Below, one piece after another: positions 13,487-25,946 of a stretch of DNA of 64,000 bases; position 1 is the first letter of the stretch; every line of letters begins with the position of its first letter. The notes under the pieces were generated by a model that was not told the origin of the DNA, made no database searches, and saw nothing but the letters and a program-made list of their open reading frames with translations. The DNA is from Dictyostelium discoideum. Its lineage: Eukaryota. Location: the NCBI GenBank assembly GCA_000004695.1, contig CM000155.2:288001-352000 (forward strand). The letters are read 5' to 3'. The position numbers and the translations under genes are program-made.

Positions 13487-13894
13487 TTTTAAAATTATTA
13501 AATAATTAATTAAAATTAGAAAAAAAAAAAAAAAAAAGTCAATAAAATTATTTATTGAAAATAAAATCTAAAAATAAAATTAAAATACATACACCATGGG
13601 GCATAAAACATAACAAGAGTTACGTCATGTTCAGAAACTGAATTATGGAAATTATCAGAATCTAAGATTTTAACAAATGATTCATCATGATCATGTTCAT
13701 GATCACCATCACCATGATCATGTTCTGGGTGACCTAAAAATTTTTATAAAGAAAAAAAAAAAAAAAAAAAAAAAAGTTAGAAATAAAATTATTAGAAAAA
13801 AAATATATATTTATATATTTTATTTACCTTCACATGAAAAAGCAATATTAGCAAACAAAGCTAAAACAAATAACAAAGCTAAAAATTTATTCAT
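11936..13894 (-). CDS. Protein disulfide isomerase (two CGHC thioredoxin domains, C-terminal KHDEL ER-retention signal); four exons, 13828..13894, 13593..13733, 13141..13363 and 11936..13046
   Basis: Exon 1 is the signal peptide MNKFLALLFVLALFANIAFSCE, ending at donor G|GTAAAT. Exon 2 ends ...FYAPW then T|GTATGT. The intron is the (TTATA)n/(TTTA)n microsatellite, with acceptor TATATAG. Exon 3 begins GC, completing WCGHCK. Donor GA|GTAAAG, acceptor TTTTAG at 13048-13047. Exon 4 carries the second APWCGHCK and ends SAKHDEL*. Splice phases are consistent (1, 1, 2). Confidence 0.85.
13366..13495. repeat. Compound AT microsatellite (TTATA)n followed by (TTTA)n, forming most of PDI intron 2
   Basis: Directly visible attatattattatatt... 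then tatttatttattt... repeats. Confidence 0.9.
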
Positions 13895-14105
13895 TATTTG
13901 TATATTTTTTTTTTTTTTAATTTTAATTTTACACAATGAAATGAAAATTTTTTTTTTTTTTTTATAAAAAAAAAAATTTTAAAAAAAAATTAAAAAAATT
14001 GAAAAATAAAAAAATAAAATTTTATATTAATACACTGATCAAAGGTGACTCACCCTTTTTTTTATCATTCAAAGTCAATAACTGTTAAGTTTGAGGGGTA
14101 AATAA

Positions 14106-14144
<39 letters not shown>

Positions 14145-14475
14145 TAAAAAATTTAACCAATAAAAGAATTATTTAATTGTTATTTTTGGCTTTTGTAGTC
14201 AATGTGGGTTTTTTGTATTTTTTTTACAACTAAAAATTATAATAATAATAATAATATTACAAATTTGTAAAAAAAAAAAAAAAAAAAATAAAATTGTTTT
14301 CCTTCAACAAATATGGTTGTTTTTTAATTATTTATTATTATTTTTTTAATTTTTTTTTTTAAATAAAAAAAACAAATTTAAATAAAATAATAAAATAAAG
14401 TCAAATATTGTTTATCAATTTTTATTTTTGGACACGAGATTTTTCCAAAATCACGACAAGACGAGATATTTTCTC

Positions 14476-14519
<44 letters not shown>

Positions 14520-14805
14520 TGAATTAAAAAAATAGAAATCAAATTTTATTAATAGAAATATTTTGACATATTTGACTCATATATATTTGACTCATTATAG
14601 AATTGTTTTAAAACAATTTTTTATAATAGTTTTTTTATTATTTTCATTAATTTTTATTTTTTTTTTATTTTTTTTTATTTTTTTTTATTTTTTTTTTTCG
14701 TTTTCGTGGATGAAATTTTTTTATTCTTTTTTTTTTTTTTTTTTAAATTTTTTTTTTCTGCTAGCAAAATTAAATAAAATAACTATAAATAGATAGATAG
14801 ATATT

Positions 14806-15542
14806 ATGTCAAATTGTTCTAATAATAGTGAAAATTGTAATATTAATGACAATAAAAAAAAAGAAGAAAATGTAAAAAATCAAAATTCAAATAAAAATTC
14901 AAATAATAATAATAATAAATCAAATATTGAATCGATTATATTAAATAAAAAATCAAAATTTTCAAGTGAAAAGGAATTAGATGAAAAAGAGAATAAAGAT
15001 TTAAAAGATTTATCAAATAATAAACCAATTAATATCGATGAATATGAAGGATTACCTAGATTTGAAAATGAGCAAAATGCACGTTCAAAATCATCTCTAT
15101 GGTCTAAACTCTGTGATTGGATGTATGACCAAAATTTTAAGATTGCAAGTTCAACATTAAAAAATGGACCAATACCAAAACACATTGGTGTAATTATGGA
15201 TGGGAATAGAAGATTTGCAGAAAGAAATCATCTAGAAACTAAAGAGGGTCATAAAAAAGGATTCAACACAATGCTAGACCTATGCCAATGGGGTCTCACA
15301 CTTGGTGTTAAAATAATCTCAGTATATGCATTCTCAATTGAAAATTTTAAACGTTCAAAAAGTGAAGTTCAAGATCTTATGGAATTGGCAAATAATAAAT
15401 TCACTGAAATGATCTCAAAATCACATAAACTTCAACAACTTGGTGTCAGAATACGTGTTGTTGGTGATCATTCACATATACCTGAAAAAACAAAATCAAT
15501 TTTAGCAAAAGCTGTAAAATCAACTGAAAATAATACAAAGTA

Positions 15543-15581
<39 letters not shown>

Positions 15582-16187
15582 TTTAAATTTATTAATTTCT
15601 AAATATATATATATATGTATTCTAATTATTATTATTTTTTTTTTAAAAAAAAAAAAAGAGCATTATTAAATATTTGTTTATCATATACATCACATGAAGA
15701 GATATTACATTCAATGAAAATATTAAGTAAAGGTGTAAATCAAGAGAAAAAGATAGAGATTGAAGATATTGACCAAGATTTATTTGAAAATTGTTTATAT
15801 ATTAAAGAGGATTTAGATATATTAATTAGAACATCTGGTGAATATAGATTAAGTGATTTCATGTTATGGCAATCATGTTTTACAAATTTAGCATTAGTTA
15901 ATACATTATGGCCTGATTTCTCTTTCTTTCATTTCATTTATATAATTTTCTTATATCAATTTAATAGTAAAACTTTAAAAAATGAAATTCAAAATCAATA
16001 TAAATTTAATAATAATAATAATAATAATACAGATAATAATAATAATTTAAAAGAAAATATAAAAAATTTAAAATCAGATCAAAGAGTAAAAGAATTTATA
16101 AATCATTTAAAAATTTCTGAAGAAAAATTATTTGATGAATTTATTTCAAAATATAATGAGGAGGAGGAAGAAGAAGAAGAAATATAG
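14806..16187 (+). CDS. Dehydrodolichyl diphosphate synthase / cis-prenyltransferase (UPP synthase family); two exons, 14806..15539 and 15659..16187
   Basis: Family motifs HIGVIMDGNRRFA and RTSGEYRLSDFMLWQ are split by one intron: donor AA|GTAAAT at 15540, (TAA)n/poly-T intron, acceptor AG at 15657-15658. The phase-2 junction restores the frame to ...STENNTK-ALLNICLSYTSHEEI. Confidence 0.85.
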
Positions 16188-16286
16188 TAATAATAATAAT
16201 AATAAAGTTGTTTTTTTTTTTTTTTTTTTTTTTAATATTTTTATTTTTATTTATTTATTTTATTTATTATTTTAATTTTAATTATT

Positions 16287-19057
16287 TTAATTAAATTCAT
16301 TAATTAAATTAATTGAATTTTGATTTAATTTAAATGTTTTAATTAATTTACCACCCAACATTTGAATTTCATTAATAATTTCAAAAATATTTGGAATTAT
16401 TAAATTTGAATCTTTAGTGATTTGAATTGAGTATTTTGATTTTGATGGTTTGAATGGAGTTGGTAAGAAAGCTTCAGATTTCCATTTTAATGCAAATTTA
16501 TTACCACCAACTAAATCATATTGAATTGTGAAATAATCTGAAAATCTATCTTTTAATTCTTGAACTAATATTAAAACTGGATTAAATCCAGGTTGTAAAT
16601 TATTATATAATTCATTAAAATTTTGATTTTGATTTTGATTTTGATTTTGGTTTTGTTGTTGTGGTTGTTGTGATTGTTGTTGTGGTTTTTTAGAAATATT
16701 TCTAAAAACTGGTTTCTTTGCTTGAATTATTGTTGTTGTTGTTGTGGTTGTTGTTGGTGGTGGTGGTATATTAGTAGTTTGAGTATTATTATTATTATTA
16801 TTAAAATTTTTATTATTAATTAAATTTGAAATTTCTCTTGAATGATTTGGAATTAAAGATTCATCTAAATTAAAGATTGCATCAAATTCGATGAATGATG
16901 GTTGAAAAATTGATAACCAATTAAAAGAGATTGAAGAATAATTTGATTCAATTAATTCTATTGATTTTTGAGCAAATAATTTGATTTTTTCCCATTGTTG
17001 ACGATTGGTAATAGTTGTTTTTCTAAACCACATACTGAGAGGATCTTTTTCAGTTGCAATGAAAAGTAATGGTGGATTTTGAGATTTCTTTTGAATATCA
17101 AATGTTGATTTAATTGAAAGTTGAGTATTCTTATCGACTGAATTTAAGTAATCTACAATTAAAGGTTTTTCATCGAAATCAAAAGTATATAAAAGGAAAA
17201 GGAATCTAAGGAAACCCATAATTGGGGTTTTTGGAATTGATGAAGTGTCTAAAGAATAGGAGGAGGAGGAGTCTTTTTCATTTTGATTTTGATTGTGATA
17301 GTGATTTTCAGTTACTTTATAAAGTGATGCAACCAATAGTTCAACAGTTTGATGATCGATGAAATCAGAGAATAAATGTGAATGAATCCAACGTAATGCA
17401 ATACGAGCGGTTGGACCATATGAACTGTAGGTGGTATGTAATGATTGAATAAAAGTATGATGTTGTGAATTTCTTTGTAATGATTCTTGTTCATCTAAAC
17501 CATCCAATAGCCATTGTTCTCTCATGAACTCGATTTCTTTTGGATAATAAGCAATACAACGGAATATGAAACCATCAACACAAAGATCAACATATTTATC
17601 GGTTAATCTTGGTTGGAATGGTGTAGATTGTAATTCTCTTGCAATTTTCAAAAGGAATGCTTGTTTCAATGCATTTATAGAATCAACATCCTTTGTCCAT
17701 TGTTGACTTTGTTCAAATTGTAATAGAATTGAAATTGGTTGATTCTCTAAATATCTATCATCCTTGGTGGTAAGTATTGAAGTATAACGTAATGCAGGAT
17801 CAATTGAAGGATATGCCTCAATTGATAATGGTAAACCTAATGATTGAATAGTTGAAATTAATTTTTGTTTTGCTGATAAAACCAATAAAGTATGATCTTG
17901 AACTTGTTCAGATACAATCAATTGATCAAGTTCTGATACTATTGATCTAACATTTTCAGTTGGAATTTGTAAATGATAATTTAAAGTATACTTTATAATC
18001 TCCTCAATAACTAAATGACGTGAACCATTCTTTGGATTCCAAGTAACAGCTTCAAGGATTGAACCATCTTTAAAACGACGAATTTGTGATTTATTACCCC
18101 AAAATTCTCTAAATTTTGAAGCATTAACATGATCAGCTGGTGGACCTAAATCAATAACTGATAACCAATTTTCTGAATTTACTTTTAATCCAATTATAAT
18201 TTTAATTTCATCATCATCATCACCATCATTTTCATTTTCTTGATCATCATCATTAATTTTTAAAATATTAATTTTTGTAACACGTTTTGTTAAAGATTTT
18301 TTAATTAATTGATAAATTCTATAATTTAAATAAGTATCTTGTTGATAATAATCATTTGTTGGCACTTTTAAAGATTGTTGATTAGCTAATAATTGTTTAT
18401 TAATTTTAATTGAAATGATCATATCATACTCTTGATAGAAATGGAATTTTGTCATGAAAATCTCTTCAAAACCATTACCAGAATCTAAATTTTCAATTAC
18501 TAAACGTGCTTCAATAATTAATTGTTTAAATCCCCAAACTGAAATTGATGACCAAATATTTAATAAACCTGAATTATCAATTAATGCAACTGGATATAAT
18601 TTTTCAAATTCATCTTGATATTGATTTTGTTTAATTACAGTTGTGGCGGTGGCGGTGGTGGTGGTGGTTAACTCTGAAGAAAGTTTCATAAATTGAATTG
18701 GTTTCTTTTGAAATTCTTTACAAATATAAACCATAACCATACGGAATGCTTGATATGAACTCATTGATTTATTAACTTTACCAATTGAATATAAATGAAT
18801 TAATAACATTGATAATTGAAAACTATTAACTGTTGGTATCTTTTTAATCTTTAACCATAATTTAATTAATAACATTGTATCAATTAATACTGGTGCATTT
18901 TCACATTTTTCATTAATTAATTGCATATGATCATTTATAAAAATATCTTCTAAAATTGAATTATTATAAAATGGTGTTCTTTTAATTTCATCTAAATAAA
19001 AATAATAATAATAATAAAAAAAAAAAATAAAAAAAAATTAATTAATAAAAAAAATAA

Positions 19058-19088
<31 letters not shown>

Positions 19089-20310
19089 ACTTTACCAAAT
19101 GATTTTTTCTTATTTTTAGAATCTATTATATTATTATTATTTAAATTATTAATTTCTTTTGAATCATCTTCTTTAAAAGTTTCAATTTTAAAATTATTAC
19201 GTTCAAAAAATAAACAACTCATATTTGGATGAAATTTTGTATAAATATTAAAAAGATCATTTGGAATTGTTGGAATTATACGAATTTGAAATTTAGTTCT
19301 TGCACCAGTTTTTGGATCTTCTTTTGGACGAATTACAATGATTTGTTTATTTGAATCACCATTGAAATTTTTGAATGAAATATCAGAAAAACGTGAAACC
19401 TTTGATACTGAATTAAAGATTTTCAACATGTAAAGATTTCTTTTATTGAAATATTTAAAATCATTGGCATCTTTTGAATCAAATACTGATTTTGGAATTT
19501 CAATCATTAAATCAACATTTTCATTGGACTTTAATACTGATCTTGTCATGAAACTACCAACGACATCGATTTGCGATGGTTTTGAGTATTGGATGGACAA
19601 GCCTTCGCCACCATTGAAATCGAATAATTTAATTTTTTCAATGTTTGCTTCAGTGATTGTAACTTGTTGATCGGATGGGATCTTTTCAATAACCGATTTC
19701 AATTGATGTAATGCCGATTCTAGTGATGTTAATTTACTATAATCAATTTTAATCTCTTTAAATAACTCTACCATTTGTAATCTAAATAAATTGGAATTGT
19801 AAAGATCTGAAGTCTCTTTCAAATGTTGAATCTCTTCATTGGTTGGTGCTACCGATTGTTTCAAATATGATACATTCTTTACTTTTAAATTTTTAAATTC
19901 CTTTGCTTCCAATTCTGATTTCTCTGGTAATATTGTTGCTCTACCAACTTTTGCTTCACTATCATCTAATTGTTCTTCTTGTTCTGATTCTGATCCTTCA
20001 CCTTCTAAGAAATCATTATCATCTGATCCTTCATCATCTGATCCTTGATTATTATTATTATTATAAAAATTATCATTATATGAAACTGCTTTTTCATCAT
20101 CAAAATTATATTCATCATCATCCATGCCTAATGACATAATACTATCATCTTGCTTTTTCTAAAAAAAAATTAATTAATAAATAGGGGTTTTTTTTTATTT
20201 TTTTTTAATTTATATAAAATATAATAATTAATTATACATACTTCAATTTTATTCTTTTTATTTGAAATTGTTTCTTTTTTAGAAACTGTTTTTCTTTTTT
20301 CAGAAACCAT
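16287..20310 (-). CDS. Nrap/NOL6 (UTP22)-like nucleolar RNA-associated protein; three exons, 20242..20310, 19096..20158 and 16287..18991
   Basis: The two large minus-strand ORFs are joined by donor G|GTAAAG at 19095 and acceptor TTTAG at 18993-18992 (phase 1, giving GAT). Exon 2 has a nucleotidyltransferase-like motif VGSFMTRSV...VDLMIEIP. Exon 3 contains GPPADHVNASKFREFWGNKSQIRRFKDGSILEAVTW, matching my recollection of the Nrap family block. A short basic 5' exon MVSEKRKTVSKKETISNKKNKIE joins in phase 0 via GTATGT...TTTTTTTTTAG to KKQDDSIMSLGMDDD. Confidence 0.65.
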
Positions 20311-20360
20311 TTTTTTTTATTATTTATAAATAAAAAGTTATAAAAATGAAATAGATAAAG

Positions 20361-20395
<35 letters not shown>

Positions 20396-20877
20396 AAAAA
20401 TAAAAAAAACGAAAAGAAAAAAAATTTTTTTTTTTTTATTTTTTATTTTATTTTATTTTATTTTTTTTTTTTTCAGAAAAAAACGAAGGAAATAATTTTT
20501 TTTTTATTTTAAATTTAATTGTTTATTTTTATTTTTTTTTTTCACACTTTTTTGATCGAAATCCTATTTTTAATTATTTTTATTATTAAATTTTTTATTT
20601 TTTTTATTTTTTTTTATTTATTTAAAATAAAAATGTAAATCCTAATCGATCAAAAAAAAAAAAAAAAAAACTATAAAAAAACTAAAAAAAAATAAAAAAA
20701 ATAAAAAAATAAAAAAAAATCATTTTTTAATTTTTTTAATTTTTTTAATTTTTTTTTTATTTTCATTTGTGAACATATTTATTTATTTTGTTTTGTTTTG
20801 TTTTGTTGTTTTTTTTTTTTAAAATTAAAAGAATACACTTTTTTTTTTTTTTTTTGTTAAAAAGAAAAAAAAAAAAA

Positions 20878-22365
20878 ATGTTACGTTTAATTAATAAAAC
20901 TATAAATAAAAATGATTTAATTAAAATAAATAATAGCAAAAGATTTTGTTCGACAACAACAAATTCTACAATAAATAAAGATAATATTTATGATATAATT
21001 ATTATTGGTGGTGGATTAGTTGGATCAACTATGGCATGTTCAATTGGTAATAATAATACAACTAAACATTTAAAAGTTGCATTAATTGAATCATCAAAAA
21101 TTCAAACTGTTGAACAATCCATTTCAAATGCAATACCAGAAATTAGAACTATATCATTCAATAATCAAACCATTGAATTATTTAAATCAATAAATGTTTG
21201 GGATACAATAAAATCAACTAAAAGAGTTAACCCATTCAATCAAGTTAGAGTTTGGGATACAAGTGGATTTGAAGGTATTCATTTTCAAGATAATGATATA
21301 ATTGATGATGGTAACAATACTACAGCAATGGGATATATAATTGAAAATAATATTGTAACATCATCATTATTATCAAAAGTTAAACAATTTGAAAATATTG
21401 AATTATTTGAACAATTATCAGTTAAATCTATGAATGATTATAATGAAGAAACTATTAGAACTACAAGTATTTTACCAAGTGTAACATTATCAAATGATCA
21501 ACAACTACATGCTAAATTAATCATTGGTGCTGATGGTGGTAATTCAATATTAAAAAAACAATTACAAGTACCATCAATTGGTAGAGTTTATAATCAAAAA
21601 GCTGTAGTTTGTACATTAAAATTAGGTATTAAACAAGATAATAATAACAATAGCAGCAATAATAATAATAATAATAATAATACATTATTTCAAAGATTTT
21701 TACCAACTGGTCCAATTGCTTTATTACCATTAGCAAATGGTTATGCTAATATTATTTGGTCAACAAATTTAATGCATGCTCAATATTTATTAGAATTAGA
21801 TGATGAATCATTTCTTGAACAAGTTAAAGATTCATTCTTAAAATCACCATCAACTTCAAATTCAAGTTTCTTTGAAATCGCTTCAAATTTATTCAATTTA
21901 AATCCAAAAGGATTAAGTGGTAATGAAATTTATTTACCACCAATCGAGGGTTTGGTATCGAAAAGAGCTTCTTTCCCATTAAGAATTGATCATACTTTTA
22001 ATTATACATTACCAAGAGTTTGTTTCATTGGTGATGCTTCACATTTAGTCCATCCAATGGCTGGTCAAGGCGTAAATTTAGGTATGGCAGATGTTAAAAC
22101 TCTCTCTAGTATAATCGAACAATCGGTTCAATCTGGTTATGATATCGGTGATGCTATGATGTTAAAAAGGTTTGAAGAAATTAGAAAACCTGAAAATCTT
22201 AAAATGTTACTCTCTATTGATACTCTCTTCAATTTATTCACAAATAATTCAATATTTGTAACTGGTTTAAGAAATTTTGGAATGTCCTTATTAAATAATA
22301 TTTCACCTCTTAAAAATTTAATTATTGGTGTTTCAAAAGGTGAATCAATTTTAAAATTTAAATAA
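20878..22365 (+). CDS. coq6: Ubiquinone biosynthesis FAD-dependent monooxygenase COQ6
   Basis: N-terminal presequence-like MLRLINKTINK, FAD motif IIIIGGGLVGSTMA, and family motifs LIIGADGGNSILKK and GDASHLVHPMAGQGVNLGMADV. I place the start at the second in-frame ATG (20878); the tool start at 20788 runs through a poly-T promoter tract. Confidence 0.85.
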   Translation: MLRLINKTINKNDLIKINNSKRFCSTTTNSTINKDNIYDIIIIGGGLVGSTMACSIGNNNTTKHLKVALIESSKIQTVEQSISNAIPEIRTISFNNQTIELFKSINVWDTIKSTKRVNPFNQVRVWDTSGFEGIHFQDNDIIDDGNNTTAMGYIIENNIVTSSLLSKVKQFENIELFEQLSVKSMNDYNEETIRTTSILPSVTLSNDQQLHAKLIIGADGGNSILKKQLQVPSIGRVYNQKAVVCTLKLGIKQDNNNNSSNNNNNNNNTLFQRFLPTGPIALLPLANGYANIIWSTNLMHAQYLLELDDESFLEQVKDSFLKSPSTSNSSFFEIASNLFNLNPKGLSGNEIYLPPIEGLVSKRASFPLRIDHTFNYTLPRVCFIGDASHLVHPMAGQGVNLGMADVKTLSSIIEQSVQSGYDIGDAMMLKRFEEIRKPENLKMLLSIDTLFNLFTNNSIFVTGLRNFGMSLLNNISPLKNLIIGVSKGESILKFK

Positions 22366-22782
22366 AAATAAAATTAAAACTAAAAATCAAAAAATTATTT
22401 ATAAATATATATCTCTTTAATAAATAAAATAAAAAAAAAAAAAAAAAAAGAAAAAATGATTTCAAATGAAAAATTAAATATTTTTTATTTATTAAAACTT
22501 GAGATCTTTAACAAACTCTCAAGAGTTTCCATATAAAATTAATTTCCAATTACTAAACCATTATTGGTTATTGTATCTGAAATAATGGATATGAGTGATA
22601 AACATTATAATGATTTAAAACGAAAAGAAGATTATTTATTTGGAAAAAAGTTGGATTTTATATATTGGATTATTATTTTGTTTTTGATATTTTTTTTTGA
22701 TATTTTTTTTAACCCACCAAAAGAATATAAAAACAAAATAATAATCTTCAATAATAAAACCCAAACAAAACCGAACCCAATC

Positions 22783-22793
22783 AGAATCGAACC
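22783..22793 (-). promoter_or_regulatory. External B box (ex-B), GGTTCGATTCT, 32-42 nt downstream of tRNA-Leu
   Basis: A second copy of the B-box consensus GGTTCGANTC lies just 3' of the tRNA. From memory, this arrangement is known for Dictyostelium tRNA genes. Confidence 0.6.
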
Positions 22794-22824
22794 AGGGACA
22801 TAACATGGGTTTTTGAAAAACTGT

Positions 22825-22905
22825 TGATAAAGGCGAGATTCGAACTCGCGAAGCCGAAGCATAAGAACTTGAGTCTTACCCATTTGACCACTCTGGTACT
22901 TTACC
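22825..22905 (-). tRNA. tRNA-Leu (anticodon CAA), type II with long variable arm
   Basis: Manual fold of the minus strand. Acceptor GGTAAAG/CTTTATC (one G-U pair), 3-bp D stem CCA/TGG, D loop GAGTGGTCAAA. Anticodon stem TAAGA/TCTTA with loop CTCAAGT, variable arm TGC-TTCG-GCTTC, T arm GCGAG-TTCGAAT-CTCGC, discriminator A. 81 nt. Confidence 0.85.
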
Positions 22906-23099
22906 TTATGAAAATCAATGGTTATTACGGTTGATTTTGACCACTTAATTAATGGACCTGTAAAATAAAAAAAAACTAAAAATAAAATGAGATCTAGCAT
23001 CTCAAGGAGAAGCAACTAATAATTGCGTTATCCAATTCAAAAAAAAGACCACTTATTTAATATACTCTGGTAATAAAGGGTCAAATAGAACCTCCAGGA

Positions 23100-23230
23100 T
23101 TAAAATTGAAATTCTTGTTGAAATTGAAATTGGGTTGCAATTGAATCTTTCAATTGAAATTGTAATTGTAATTGTAATTGAAACTTTAAATTACAATTCA
23201 AATTGCAATTTCATTTACAAATTCCAAAAA
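23100..23230. repeat. Array of ~10-bp near-palindromic units AATTG(N)AATT (aattgaaatt/aattgtaatt/aattgcaatt)
   Basis: Directly visible at ~200-330 bp upstream of tRNA-Leu. It is non-coding and is not a simple homopolymer. Confidence 0.6.
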
Positions 23231-23753
23231 AAGAATTTCAATTCCAATCTGATGGTTCTCAAGTAAAAAAATAAAAAATTTTAAAATATTAAAAGTGTTA
23301 GTAAGATTATTAAATAATAATATGTAATATATATAAAAAATTATGCCTACTCTAAATTATCATCTATATTCAATACCATTTTTTATATTCATCTTGTGAG
23401 AATCAACTGTTCCTCTCATAAAGGATTTACATGTTTTCTATTTTTGTTTTATTGATTAATTTAGATTCAGTCATGAAAAAATTTATTTATTTATTTATTT
23501 TATTTATTTTTTTTTTTTATTTTATTTTACAATTGATTGATGAAATGAAAAATATTTATTTAATTTAATTATTGATTAATCGAGAAATGAAAAATATGTA
23601 TAAATATATCTATATTTTTTTTTTTTACCTTTGTAGAAAAAGAAATGGTATAATATTGAATATATTAATATTTTTGAAAAATATACTACACTGTTTTTTT
23701 ATATATAAATATTAAATAATTATTTGTTTTTAAAAATAAATTGAAAATTTTTT

Positions 23754-23795
<42 letters not shown>

Positions 23796-24208
23796 TTTTT
23801 AATACTTGAGAAAAATTGGTTCTAAATGTAATTTTTAAGAAAAAAGGGGATTATAAAAAAGTGTTTATTTTTTAAAAAAAAAATGTGTTTGTATTTTTAT
23901 CAAAAATATGTGCTCTGCATCTATTTTTGGAAAAAAAAATGGTTTTTTTTTTTTTTTTAGACATTTAAAATCTAAAATATGATTTGGTGCCCTTTATTTA
24001 AAAAAAAAAAAAAAAAAATATTATATCTTTTTTATTTTTATCATTTAATTATTACCTATTTTTATTTTTATTATTTTATGATTTTCAAATTTATCTTTAA
24101 GATTTAAATTAGAATTTAATGAATCAAAAAAAGGGAAATAATTGATTTGTGTGTGTAAATCCTTTTTTTTTTTTTAAAATTTATTTAAAGTTTATTTTTT
24201 TATTTTTT

Positions 24209-24908
24209 TTAATTTATTATACAATTACTTTTTTGGGATTGAGGTTTTTTTAAAATTATAGTTGAAGAAGAAGTTGAAGATGGTTTAAACTCTTCAATTC
24301 TATCTATACAAAGTTTAACTAAAGATATAAAAGCATCTTCAATGTTAATTGCTTGTTTTGCACTAGTTTCTTTGAATGTAATATCAAGGGAATCAGCAAA
24401 TTCTTGAGCCAAAAAAGGGTCAACCACTTTTTGTGAGATCATATCACTTTTATTTCCAATTATCATTTTAATGACATTATCTCTTGCATATCTTTCGATT
24501 TCTTGTATCCATTTTGCAACATTTTCAAATGATCTTTGATCAGTAACATCATAAACCACCATAACTGCATGACAACCTCTATATTGAGAATTATTATGAA
24601 CTCTAAATCGTTCTTGTCCAGCAGTATCCCAAATTTGAAGTTTTATTGCTTTACCTTCAATATAAACTGTCTTTATTTTAAAATCAACTCCAATTGTTGA
24701 TATATAACTTTCTGTAAATGTATCCTCTGTAAATCTTAATAAAATACTTGATTTACCTTTTTTATTTATTATTTTTTTTTTTTTTTAATAAATAATTTTT
24801 TTTATTTTTTTTATTTTTTTTTTTTTTGTTATCTATTATTTATCGGACAATAAATACTTACCAACTCCACTATCACCTACAAAAATAAATTTAAATAAAT
24901 GTCTATAT

Positions 24909-24946
<38 letters not shown>

Positions 24947-25024
24947 GGGAAAAATTTTTTAATATAAAAAAAAAAAAAGAAACCAAAAAAAAGAAAGGAA
25001 TCCTTACTCATATTTTTTACTCAT
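24209..25024 (-). CDS. Rab-family small GTPase (Rab1/8-like effector region); three exons, 25008..25024, 24862..24902 and 24209..24756
   Basis: Micro-exon 1 is MSKKY + GA, with donor GTAAGG. Exon 2 is (E)[13 protein letters not shown] + G, with donor GTAAGT. Exon 3 reads (G)[29 protein letters not shown]...[10 protein letters not shown]...GNKSDM...ETSAKQ...CIIN*. Splice phases 2 and 1 are consistent, and the P-loop GDSGVGKS is reconstituted across intron 2. Confidence 0.8.
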
Positions 25025-25704
25025 TTTAATTGTACATTTAATAAAAATTATATTACATTTTTTTTTATCCCAAACCTTTCCAAAAAAAAAAAAAATTAAA
25101 AAAAAAAAAAAAAAAATAAAAAAAATTTTTTAAAAAAAAAAAAAGAAAAAAATTCATTGAATAAACATTAAAACACTAAAAATATCCCAAAAACATTGAT
25201 TTGTGGTTATCACCATTGAATCTTAAAAACCCTAAAAAAAAAAATATCAATTTTAAATAAATTTATTTAAAAAAAAAAAAAAAAAAAAAAAAAATAATTA
25301 ACATGTTTATGAATTTAAAATAATTAATTTATTGAGGGTTTTTTTATATTTTATTTTATTTTATTTTTTATTTTATTTAACAACTTTCCTAAAAAGGTTT
25401 GAGACTTTTTTTTATATATTAAATATATATTCAACTGATATCATTTAAGAACAATTTGGCCCAAATTTTGTTTGTAAAAAATATTAATTAATTTCCATAT
25501 TTAAATACTATTATTGTAATATTAATTAAAAAGGATATTATTTTTTTTAATTTTTGATTAAAAAACATTAATTTTAAACAAAAAAAAAAAATTCCAATCT
25601 TAATTTAATTTTTTTATTTTCTTTATATTATTCTGTAAAAAAACAATTTTAAAATTAATGATTTTTTATATAATTGATTTATTATTTATATGTAAAAGAT
25701 ATAT

Positions 25705-25736
<32 letters not shown>

Positions 25737-25946
25737 TTTATTAGATTTCATTTTTTTTTTTTTTTTTTTTTTTTTAATTCACCCAACAATTCTCTTTTTT
25801 ATTTTAATATTTTCAATTATTGGTTCTTTCACAACCTTTAATTTCATCATAATAAAATTTGGTATTTTAAAAAAAAAAAAGTTAAACCAAATACAGAGTA
25901 TTTAATATTATTTATTTTATTTTATTTTATTTTTATTTTTATTATT

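Noticed and set aside
20788-20877. Tool start of the COQ6 ORF at 20788 (MFCFVLLFFFFKIKR...)
   Set aside because: It runs through poly-T/poly-A promoter DNA. The ATG at 20878 gives a sensible mitochondrial presequence followed directly by the FAD motif.
22564-23015. ORFs 22564..22803(+) and 22632..23015(-)
   Set aside because: They overlap the tRNA-Leu gene and its ex-B box; their composition is typical of non-coding sequence.
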